A stretch of DNA of 64,000 bases from Callorhinchus milii. Lineage: Eukaryota. Positions 14,741-24,979 of this stretch are shown here, one piece after another; the first letter of the stretch is position 1; each line of letters begins with the position of its first letter. Below the pieces are notes generated by a model. It made no database searches, was not told the DNA's origin, and saw only the letters and a program-made list of their open reading frames with translations. The position numbers and the translations under genes were made by a program. Where the stretch lies: positions 5,148,001 through 5,212,000 of the forward strand of contig NW_024704742.1 of NCBI RefSeq assembly GCF_018977255.1. Direction: 5' to 3'.

Positions 14741-15351
14741 GTTACAATAAATTCTTGTATTAACACTGGAGTAATCTTGTGTTTCAGGACTCTCCTCGGG
14801 AACGGAAACACCGTGTCTAACTCAAATCAAAAGTGCTAATATTGAGGTATGTTGATAACTTAACAATATAAATTAAAACCAACAATTAACTTGATCCGTT
14901 CATTACTTTGGACTGAGCACTCCCTGTCTAACAAAGCTTGTTCAGACCGACAGTCACTGAGTGCTTTAGGTAGAGTTCTGCCACTTGTTCTCTCCTTTAT
15001 CTCCCTCCTCTTTTCTAAAAGTGCCAACCGCTACCTCTTCCAACTGGTCGTTTTTACGTGAACTGCGGTGCTAACTACACAGGAAGACTGTCGAGGCTAA
15101 TCCTGTGTTCATCCAGGACTCACACAAATATATTTCCAAAGGGGGTGGCGGGTGGGAGGAAGGCAAATCACTAGAGAGCAATTGAATCAGGATCAGGAAT
15201 TTTAGTTAGCTTCCTCCTGGCATTGCAGAAGGGTCGATGAGGCACCTGTAGGGTCCAGCTAAGATCAGACACAGAAACGCTGTATCTTCCTGTGGCCTAA
15301 ATTCCTCTTTGCCCTATCCCGCAAGTCCATTTTGTCTTATTTAAGGTTGCA

Positions 15352-15470
15352 TAGAATTGTGGAGAATGTACACATTCGGTCTTAATTTGGAAACCCGATT
15401 TTCTGCAGCTCTTAAAAAAGTGCCGGCTTTCAAATTGAGGTTGGATTTAAAAAAATGTTCCATAATTCTG
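15352..15470. mobile_element. Short palindromic MITE-like element, copy 1
   Basis: Arms TAGAATTGTGGA...CGGTCTTAATTTGGAAACCCG and CCGGCTTTCAAATTGAGG...TTCCATAATTCTG; similar to 17232-17364. Confidence 0.6.
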
Positions 15471-16645
15471 GGCGATTCTGAATTTTTAGCTAAGCCTTTG
15501 GACAATTTTCAGGGAGAATTTCAGGCCTCGTCCCGATGTCTCAGTTCTGAACCACGCATTTAGCAGAGGAGTCATTCCTACACTTCACTTTGCCCCACGC
15601 AAGCGACACAAGGATATGTTTTAATGCGTTTTAAAGTTGCGTTGTGTTTGGTTTACAAATAAAGAGCCTGCCAAACGTATTATAATGAAACGAGTGCCTC
15701 TTCAAAAGTACTTTGAAATAAAAGTATTGCTGCTGTTTCATATTAAAAAAAACAGTTTAACAATTACGTATTGTTTCGCCAAAGATGCTTTAATCGACAC
15801 CAGATTAAAGGACCACAAAGGTTCAGCATTCCAACGAACGCATGAATATCCTCTGATCTCCCCTGCTTCTCTGATTTGGTGACAGGATGTCAAGCAGTTC
15901 TATTTTTAGATTACATATCGCAGGTCTGTTTTCATTAGTGCATATCTGGGCCAGACGACACTACGGTACTGGTAAGGCTGTCTGTCTGAAGGCAGTTGTC
16001 CTAGTCTTACAATAATAAAACTTTGGATGACGCAATAAACTAATTTTGTTGCAAATCTATTACAGTTCAGTCAAGCACAGGATTGAGTGAACAGAGCTCA
16101 TTTGTTTCATTGAACCATTAGCAAATATTTACATCCAGTTCAAAGGCAGCAATTAATAACGCAAGTTCAATCTAAAAGGCACCCAGGTCACATTCAGACT
16201 GGAATGAAACGACGGAGGAATCAAAACATTTGGGGTATCGTTTCATTCAGTAGTTTGATGGATTTTCCGTATCCTAATTATCTCAGACCCACAGGGAATG
16301 TGTCTATAAATCTTCCAAGCATCACCATCTTCACACCTCTTGTAGAGATTACTCTGAAAGCTTTAAAAAGATATGACAGGGCCTTTTCATCGTGAATCAT
16401 ACAGACAGATAAATAAGATCTAATCTCTCCGGAGTTCCAGATTAACTAAAAGAAGATCCAATTGAAATAATAGTCTGCCAAACCCAATTTTACATACTTG
16501 CCACGGTTGTCAGATGTACAGTGCTCTAAATATGCCGTCATATTACCGCAATCAAAGGGGACTATTATGACCTTGATGTAGAGGTATGTGCCATGTGGTC
16601 TGTGGTGCAGAGAATAGGGAGTAATCGTACAACCATTACATAGTT

Positions 16646-16647
<2 letters not shown>

Positions 16648-16678
<31 letters not shown>

Positions 16679-16930
16679 CCTTGCATTTGACAGAATATAT
16701 TGTAAAGTGAATATATTGTAACTGTGTATTTTGTGGGCGAAACGCGGCAGCCAATTGCGCACAGCAGCGTCCCACAAGCAGTCGTGGGTTGAGTGACCAC
16801 ATTATTTTTTTGGAGCGATTATTACCCGCCGTGTCGACTAACAACCGGGTTCCTGCTTACTGCTGGGTAAACAGAGGCGTGCGGAGTGAGGAAAACTTGC
16901 CTAAGGTCTCACCCCGCCCGGGAATCGGAC
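16648..16930 (-). mobile_element. tRNA-headed SINE, older subfamily, head truncated
   Basis: (AAT)n tail, core and internal GTAAGCAGGAACCCGGTTGTTAGTCGA segment in reverse complement. Confidence 0.9.
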
Positions 16931-17231
16931 CCAATGTGGTGGGGAGGGGCTATCGGAAGTGGAGGGGTGTCGGGGGGTGGTGGGGGAGAAACTCGTTTTT
17001 TGTGGGTACGTTGCAAGTATTTTGCTGCAGCAAATCTTTCTCACCAATCTTCTCCCCTCCCTTCCCGGTAGTGTGTCTTGGTATCTCTTCTACAGTCCCA
17101 AGTGGACAGTTTCAAGCATGAGCCTTGACTACGATCGTAGCATCACAGCAGAGACAGTACATGTCCTCGACACAAGCAGGAGTTTCCTCATGGCTTTCTT
17201 TGCCTCTAAGACTATTGTCGTTTTAAATGAC

Positions 17232-17364
17232 GAGTATTAGGAAGTTCTTACATCCCGGTCTTAATTTGGAAACCGTTTTTCCAACAGTCTTTTTTTCTTT
17301 TGCAAAACCTACGGAAAACCGGGTTCCAAATTAGGACTGAATTTAAGAATTTTCCAAAATTCTG
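17232..17364. mobile_element. Short palindromic MITE-like element, copy 2
   Basis: TTCTTACATCCCGGTCTTAATTTGGAAACCGTTTTTCC pairs imperfectly with GGAAAACCGGGTTCCAAATTAGGACTGAATTTAAGAA. Confidence 0.65.
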
Positions 17365-19229
17365 CACAAGATTTAATTGGAGAGTTTATAGCTGACGCCG
17401 CAAGCAATTTGGTGACTCTGAGGTCTGTGCCTGCACACACACACACACTCAACAACAACAACAACAACAACAACTTGGGTTTATATAGCGCCCTCCACGC
17501 CGGATGGCATCTTACAGTGCTTTACAGTCACGGATCTCGGGACCGAGCCAGGAGGGGTGGGGGGGGGGGGGGGGGGGGGGAAGGTGACCAAAGGCACGGT
17601 TGAAAAGAAAAAAAAAGAAAAACTCACACACACAATTACACTCCAGGAGGCCCCACGTGATAGTGGGGTCCTGTAGCTCAGTGGTTAGAGCACTCGCCTC
17701 GCAAGCGAGAGGACCCCAGTTCGATTCCCGGGTTGGGCGAAACATTGTGCAAGTTTCCTGACTCCACGCTCGCCTCTGTTTACCCGGAGAGGAAAATCGT
17801 GCCAAAGATATCGGGTGTCGTCAAATCTTTTCACAGAGGTGTAAGGTTTCCCCACGCTCATTTACAACTGCTGAGATGAAAACAAAGATTCCGCAAATGT
17901 CCAGGTGGCATGTGACAGCAGCAAGAATATAATTTTCTGCTGCTTCATGTCTCAGCGCCATCTGCTGTGCCCAGTTCTTCAGACGAGCCACACTGCATGG
18001 GACAGTTGGCTTCTTGGGACACACTGTAAAACCTTGGCTGGAGACCCACTTCCCCCCCCCCCCCCCCTCCTCCTCTGCCATCATTTGGCAGTCAGAGACA
18101 TGAAACTAGCCGTTTTGTTTTAAAAAGGAAGGAGCAACTCCACTAGTCAGGGGAGTGAGTGGGACAGGGAGGATTACGTGTGGACTTGCCACCAAATGGA
18201 CCCGTGTGAGTGTCAGCTTGCAGCCCGGAAACAGAATCCGAGCTCTATTTGCAGGTGCAATAATATCACGTTAGCGCGTTCTAGAGCAGCGTTGCTTGAA
18301 GTCCTCCCACCCTGACGCAGTTCGGAAATCAAGTCCAAACACAGTTCGAGAGCAGCCATCAGCCAGCATTAGTGTAACGTGTTACAAGCGAACCATTGCT
18401 TTCTGAAGGCTGCAAAGCTGCGATAACATCAGCATATTCCCACGTCAAAACCGCGCTCTGATGCGGGAGTATGAAAAAAAAATCGAAGCTGCACCTCCGA
18501 GTGACCTCAGCCGCAGCCAGGACCCAGGCCACCCCTTGGAAAGCAATTCCCCTCCCGTGTTGTCCAGTCCGAACACGACATCCTAACCAGCAGGTCCTCC
18601 AGCTCTCAAGGAGAACTCCTGCAGCAAACAACCAAATGGGAAATAAAGTGCAGGCAGACCGGGCTTCGGCTGCAGGTTCCCCCCCCCCCCCGCCTTTGTG
18701 CACAGTTGTGAGTGAAAGTGCAGGGAATCCACGGAAGCCGATGCCTGAGATGTAACGTGGGACACAGTTGTTGACAGTCACTTTATCTTCGCGGCTGTCA
18801 GCAAACTCATTTCCCCATGTTTAATTGATGGCACAAGTTTGAGCTTGTGCATGAGAAGTTGGGAGTGCCTACAGGGACACGTTATACCACACGCCCATCT
18901 GAGAACAGAAACAGAAACACCCCCACACATTTCTCCTTTTTTTTTAAAAAAACATCATTGGAAAGGAACAGAGTTCCCTGAAAAATGAGGCATTGCCTAT
19001 CACGTTTCAGACTGCCATCTAATGGAGCAGGCTCTTCTGGTTAGCAACACATGGAAAAGAAGTGCACCGTGCTGGTGAAAATAAATTACGGTGTGAGGTG
19101 CGGTGTAAATGCTTGAAAAACATTCAATTTAAAGACAAAATGGCCTCACGGGCTAAGAATGGGTGGAATGCCCTGCCCAGCCTCTCCTTCAAATCAAATC
19201 CAAAGGGGAGGAGATGATGGGACTTCCTC

Positions 19230-19970
19230 GGGTCCAGAGTAGGAGGATCCGTTCTGCAGCCTTGGCCACCGATGCTCTCTCCCTCCCACTTCTTCTCCAG
19301 CCTACATCCACCCCTCTCTACACACCATTGACCCAGTCTTTCCTTCATCCCTCATCTCCTGCATGAAACCCACCGCGTGTTCCCTCGACCCTATCCCCAA
19401 TCTTCCAGTCTTCCAGCTTCTCTTCCCTACAAAGGCTGCAAGACTATCCAGAAGTCTATAGCCTGTGTCCTTTCCCACGCCAGGTCCCGTGAGCCTATAA
19501 CCCTATTCTTTGCCCCATTGCCTACCCCCCCCACCACCCCTCCCCTCAACCACTGGTGGATTGACTTTCAGGAACCTCATTCTCACCTTTAAGTCCTTAC
19601 AACAAATTCCATTTGTAAAGCGCCTTCCACGTCAGGAGGACATCCCAAGGCGCTGGACAGTCAGGGATCCACACCCGAGCTAGTGGTTACAAGGTCTCTC
19701 CCTATCCGACCCCTACTTCGTCCTCAAAGACATGTCCCCCAACCTACCTGCCCCACCATTGGCTCTCAGCCTTCCTGCCTCCGTTCTCTGGAACTCCAAC
19801 CCTCGGCCCCTGTGACTCAACTCAAGTTCCATCTCGAGACCTACCTCTTTTGACTGCACTTTCACGCTCATCTTTCCCCTCCCCACCCTCCTCGGCTCTC
19901 ACCCAACCCAGGACTGTTGGGAACCTTGGGCCAGCCTCCTCCCGACGTGAAAGGCGTTGTATAATTATGT
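19230..19970 (+). mobile_element. Degraded L2 LINE fragments with an antisense L2 tail inserted at ~19598-19690
   Basis: C-rich strand, AGGCTGCAAGACTATCCAGAAGTCTATAGCCTGTGTCC (RLQxIQxSAAxVL), CTCTGGAACTCC, tail CTCCCGACGTGAAAGGCG. Confidence 0.7.
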
Positions 19971-20244
19971 CAATTTGTATTGCATTGTGCTGTGCTGTTG
20001 GGCAAATAATAATAATCCTCGCATTTGATCCTTGCCTCGCCTTATCACGTTGTCACGACGTCTCAAAGCGCTTCACAGAACATACTGTAACGCGGAGTGA
20101 CTGTATACTTTGTGGCTTCTAAACGTGGAACCGAAAGTGTGCCAATAAGTCATCAAAGTTGAAATAACAACAAGCAACAACAACAAAGTACTACCCATGG
20201 CCCCCACCCCCCATACCCAGTCAGCACCAAATGATTATCATTTA

Positions 20245-20443
20245 CTTATTTGATTTGAAAGGCCTCCGGAAAAGCAATCTGCCAATCGACTAACAACCGA
20301 GTTCCTATAGTACTTACTGCCGGGTAAACAGAGACACGCGGAGTAAGGAAACTTGCACGATATCTCGCCCTGTCCTGCTCGGGAATCGAACCCGGGTCCT
20401 CTCGCTTGCGAGTCGAGGGCTCTAACCACTGAGCTACAGGACT
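20245..20443 (-). mobile_element. tRNA-headed SINE 5' half (older subfamily)
   Basis: rc begins AGTCCTGTAGCTCAGTGGTTAGAGCCCTCG...GGGTTCGATTCCCG. Confidence 0.9.
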
Positions 20444-20521
20444 TTTGGCATAAATAGTACAGAAGATTTGAACGTTGGCCACGTGCAGTGCCGGTCCAGT
20501 GGCAAGTCAAGACCGTGGCAT

Positions 20522-20713
20522 GTGGAGTCCTGTAGCTCAGTGGTTAGTGCACTCGCTTTGCAAGTGAGAGACCTGAGTTCAATTCCAGGCAGAGGGCGAA
20601 ACCTTGGGCAAGTTTCCTTACTCCACACGGAGCCTAATAATAATCCCTCCAAAACCAAAACAATAATAAATTGGTCATTTTCAATCTACGACTGTTTGTG
20701 GGACATTGCTGTG
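20522..20713 (+). mobile_element. Young tRNA-headed SINE, 3'-truncated, abutting antisense L2 tails (20720-20850)
   Basis: Matches the young consensus to GGGACATTGCTGTG, then (CAA)n-GATTCCATTTATAGAGCGCCTTTCACGTC. Confidence 0.9.
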
Positions 20714-21196
20714 GAGATACACAACAACAACAACAACAAGATTCCATTTATAGAGCGCCTTTCACGTCTACACAAGTAGAGAAAGATACACTCACGTTTA
20801 CAACAACAAATTACATTCGTATAACGCCTTTCACGTCGGCCGGACGTCACATACGTACACACATCTGAGCGAGAGATACACACAACGCGCACACGCTGAA
20901 GAGTACACACACAGATACACCCAAATATACACAGCGAGAGAAAGCTCCACCCACACACATACCCGCCGAGAGAAATCTAGAGAATATACACGCAAAGGGG
21001 TTTACAGAAAGATTTAGAAAGAGACACTCGCAGAAAGATTTAAGAGACACACAAACAAAGATTTACAGAGGGAGGGAGAGAGAGAGAGAGAGAGAGACAC
21101 GCACCACAACAACAACTTGCATTTTATATAGCATCCCTTATGCAGGGTGGCGCAGAGCTCTCAGGAAAGATTTACAGGCAGACACGCAGATAGATT

Positions 21197-21571
21197 GCGG
21201 AGCCCTGTCGCTCGGTGGTTAAGAGCCCTCGCCTCGCAAGCGAGAGACCTGGGTTCGATTCCCGCCAGAGCGAAACCTTGGGCGAGTTTCCTTACTCCGC
21301 ACGACTGACACAATAATCCCTCCAGAAAACAACAAACAAACGAATAAATAAACACATAAATAATAATTTGGTCACTTCAATCCACGACTGTTTGCGGGGA
21401 ACGCCGCTGTGCGCAATCGCCCGCCGCGTTTCGCCTGCCCCCCCCCCCCCTCCCTCCCTCCCTCTCTCCCTCCCTCCCCCAAATGATACGGTCGATTCGC
21501 TTCGCGAAGCGCTTTGGGACGCCTCGGAGACGCGATAAGGCGCTGCGGCAATCGCAGGGCTTATCACCGTC
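21197..21571 (+). mobile_element. tRNA-headed SINE with strongly GC-shifted sequence
   Basis: Colinear with the family consensus from head to tail, with numerous A/T->G/C changes. Confidence 0.9.
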
Positions 21572-21899
21572 AGTCGGAGAGCACTGAAAGAGAGCATCCA
21601 TTTTTAAAGCGCAAGAGACAGGTGCACAGACAGGTACAACAACAACAACAACAACACCGCCACCTTGCATTTATACAGCAGGGGTAGGGTCCTGGAGGGC
21701 ACAGACGACACTGAGAGAGAGAGAGAGAGAGAGAGTGACAGTAAGAGGCACTTTGAGTGAAAGAGAGAGAGAAAGAGAGAGAGACTCACAGAGAGAAAGA
21801 GAGAGAGAGAGAACACCTTTGCGAACCTACAGAGAGATAAAAGCGCAGTGGGAGAGAGAGGGACACCAACACCACACGTTTAAAGGGATCCACGTAGTG

Positions 21900-22634
21900 A
21901 GTGAGAGAGACACACACACACACACACACACAACACACACCCACACAACACACAACACACCCACACACACACCCACACACACCCACCCACACCCAACCAC
22001 ACACACACCCACACACTAGACCAGACAGTGTCTGACACACTAAGCACACAGCACAGGAGAGGTTGGTTGGTTGTTTCAGCGGGTGCTTCCCAGTGACAGA
22101 CACACACACACACACACACACCAACAACCACACACACACACACCAACACACACACACACACACACCAACACACAGACACCAGCACTGCACACACACAGAT
22201 AGATATACACACAAACCAGCACTGCACACACACAGATAGATATACACACAAACCAGCACTGCACACACACAGGCACACACACCAGCACTGCACACACACA
22301 GACACACACACCAGCACTGCACACACACACACACAGACCAGCACTGCACACACACACACACAGACCAGCACTGCACACACACACACACACACCAGCACTG
22401 CACACACACACACAGAGATAGATACACACACCAGCGCTGTACACACACACAGACACACACACACACAGACAGACACACACACACACACACACCAGCACTG
22501 TACACACACACAGACACACACACACAGACACACACACACACACACACCAGCACTGTACACACACAGACACACACACACACACAGACACACACACACACAC
22601 ACACAGACACACACACACCAGCACTGTACACACA
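21900..22634. repeat. Compound (CA)n microsatellite with reiterated CCAGCACTG(C/T) spacer units
   Basis: Runs of CACACA separated by repeated CCAGCACTGC/CCAGCACTGT and AGATAGATA(T)AC motifs. Confidence 0.95.
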
Positions 22635-22689
22635 CCTCTCCTCTCCTGACAGGCAGCACAGGCAATCCAGCCCCCAGAGCCAGCAAACA

Positions 22690-23140
22690 GGAGAGGGAGA
22701 AAGAGAGAGAGGGAGAGAGAAAAGACAGGTTGTAAAAGTAAAGAGAGAGAGAGAGAGAAAGAGGTGGAGGAGAAGAAGAAGGAGGAGGAGGAGGTCCCAA
22801 TGGAGATTGCGCGTAAGGAAAAGTAGGAAGTGATTGAGAGAGAGAAGAGGAGAGAGGAGGAGGAGAGAGGGAGAGAGGAGGAGGAGAGAGGGAGAAAGGG
22901 ACTGTGCACAACAGCCAGAGAGAGAGAGATAGAGACAGACAGACAGACAGAGAGATAGAGACAGACAGAGAGAGAGAGACAGACAGAGAGAGAGACAGAC
23001 AGAGAGAGACAGAGAGATAGAGACAGACAGAGGGAGAGAGAGAGGCAGTGGGAAGGTTCAAAGTTAGCAATGAGTTGAGTGAAAGAGAGATAGAAAGAGA
23101 CATAGAGAGAGGAGACAGACAGAGGGAGAGAGAGAGAGCA
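22690..23140. repeat. Polypurine (GA)n/(GGA)n/(GACA)n low-complexity tract
   Basis: Directly visible GAGAGA, GGAGGA and AGACAGAC runs. Confidence 0.95.
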
Positions 23141-23204
23141 AAGGGCTGATACACACACACACACAGCACTGTGTACACACACAGACACAGGACAGTGCTG
23201 ACCC

Positions 23205-23650
23205 TGGGGGTGTGTGTGTGTGGGGGGGGGTGTGTGTATTGGGTGTGTGTGTGGGTGTGTGTGGGTGTGTGTGGGGGGTGTGTGGGTGTGTGTTGGGGGG
23301 GGGTGTGGGGGATGTGTGTGTAGGGGTGTGTGTGTGGGGGGGGGGTTGGGGTGTGTGTGGGTGTGTGTGTAGGTGTGTGTGTGTGGGGGGGTGTTGGGGT
23401 GTGTGTGTGAGTGTGTGTGTGGGTGTGTGTGTGGGTGTGTGTGTGGGTGTGTGTGTGTGGGGAGAGGAACAGAAGTCCAGGAACATCCACAGGAGATTGA
23501 GAAGCAAGAAAGGTCCTAAAGGAAAGTGGGGGTGTGGGGGAGAGGGGGTGAGGGGGGGGAGGGGGGTGAGGGGGGTATTGGTGTATTGGGGGGGAGAGGA
23601 GGAGGAGGAGGTGGAGGGGAGAGGAGAGGAGGAGAGAGAGAGAGAGTGAG
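23205..23650. repeat. (GT)n and G-run rich tract immediately 5' of the SHB ATG
   Basis: GTGTGT with GGGG runs, then GGA/GA repeats up to the start codon. Confidence 0.9.
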
Positions 23651-23658
23651 GAGTGAAG

Positions 23659-24249
23659 ATGGCCAAGTGGTTGCGAGAGTACTTTAATTTCGGGATCCAC
23701 AAGGACAGGAGCCCTCCCCACCCCACCCCACCCCGGGCCCCCCACCCCCGGACCCCCCGCCCCCCACAGCCGGACTACCACAGTAGGAGGCGGCTCGACA
23801 ACGGCGACGACAACAGCGCCGACTCCGGGTCCCCGGAGAGCGCTCTGATGAAGGCGTATCGGCTCCAGAAGGAGAGGGACTTCGAGGACCCCTACAACCA
23901 GGGCCCGGGGTCCTCCCTGAGGAGCCTGAGGGCCATGTGCCGGGAGGGGGGGGACCGGGAGGGGGTCCCCGCCGGGTCCCCGGTGCTGCTCAGGAGCCGG
24001 AGCCACAGGGCGGCGACCCCCGGCCCCGCGCCCACCCCCACCCTCACCCCCACCCTCACCCCCACCCTCACCCCCACCCTCACCCTCACACGGACCCTTC
24101 CGCCCACCACACACCGCCTCATCAAGGTCCAGAGCAGCCCCTCCCCCTCCCCCTCCGGGGGGGACCACCACCACCACCACCACCGCACCGGGAGCCCCCG
24201 CACCGGGACACCGCACCCGGCACCGGGGGACGGCGGCAAGAGAGGGAAG
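23659..24249 (+). CDS. SHB: First coding exon (197 codons, phase-0 donor) of SH2 domain-containing adaptor protein B (SHB/SHD/SHE/SHF family); rest of gene lies beyond the window
   Basis: Translation MAKWLREYFNFG...PPQPDY...AYRLQKERDFEDPYNQGPGSSLRSLRAMCR...GSPVLLRS...ATP...HRLIKVQS...GKRGK matches recalled SHB N-terminal motifs (MAKWL, PPRPDY, AYRAQKERDFEDPYNGPGSSLRKLRAMCR, HRLIKVE, GKKDK at the exon end). ATG context AAGATGG; donor AAG|GTGAGT at 24249/24250. SLRxLRAMCR favours SHB over its paralogues. Confidence 0.88.
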
Positions 24250-24339
24250 GTGAGTGTGGGGAGGGGGGGGGGGAGGGAGGGGAGGGGGGGGGGGGGGGGG
24301 AGGGGAGGGGGGGGGGAGGGGGGGAGTGGGTGGGGGGGG

Positions 24340-24931
24340 TGATGGAGTGAGTGATGGAGTGAGGGTGGAGTGGGTGAGTATGGGTGGGTGGTGATGGGTG
24401 GGTGAGGGAGTGAGTGATGGAGTGGGTGAGGGATGGAGTGGGTGAGTGATGGAGTGGGTGAGTGATGGAGTGGGTGAGTGATGGAGTGGGTGAGTGATGG
24501 AGTGGGTGAGTGATGGAGTGGGTGAGGGTGGGTGGGTGGGGTGGAGTGGTGAGGATGGAGTGGGTGAGTGATGGAGTGGGTGAGGGAGTGAGTGATGGAG
24601 TGGGTGAGTGATGGAGTGGGTGAGGGAGTGAGTGATGGAGTGGTGAGTGAGGTGTGGTGAGGGGTGGGTGGGTGGGTGGTGAGGTGGGGTGAGTGATGGG
24701 TGGGTGAGGTGTGGGTGGGTGAGTGATGGAGTGGGTGAGTGATGGAGTGGGTGAGTGAGGGGTGGGTGGGAGTGGGTGGTGTGGGTGGGTGAGTGATGGA
24801 GTGGGTGAGTGAGTGGGAGTGGTGAGTGATGGAGTGGGTGAGTGATGGAGTGGGTGAGTGATGGAGTGGGTGAGGGAGTGAGTGGTGGAGTGGGTGAGGG
24901 AGTGAGTGATGGAGTGAGTGATGGAGTGAGT
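24340..24931. repeat. ~16-bp minisatellite GTGAGTGATGGAGTGG
   Basis: Tandem units clearly visible (e.g. 24442-24521); the array runs into the assembly gap. Confidence 0.95.
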
Positions 24932-24956
24932 NNNNNNNNNNNNNNNNNNNNNNNNN
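24932..24956. other. Assembly gap (25 N)
   Basis: Run of n characters between two repeat arrays. Confidence 0.99.
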
Positions 24957-24979
24957 AGCCTGTTTCTCTTTCTCAGCAT

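Noticed and set aside
22160..22634. CCAGCACTG units separated by variable spacers, superficially CRISPR-like
   Set aside because: Repeat is only ~10 bp, spacers are (CA)n rather than unique sequence, no cas genes, vertebrate context.
21786..24216. Long minus-strand ORFs (778, 370, 281, 220 aa) rich in CV/HT/SL dipeptides
   Set aside because: Translations of (CA)n/(GA)n microsatellites and the antisense of the GC-rich SHB exon; stop-free by composition, with no domain content.
24250..24342. ORF-track extension of the SHB ORF to 24342 (VSVGRGGG...)
   Set aside because: Read-through past the AAG|GTGAGT donor into G-rich intron; homology ends at GKRGK.
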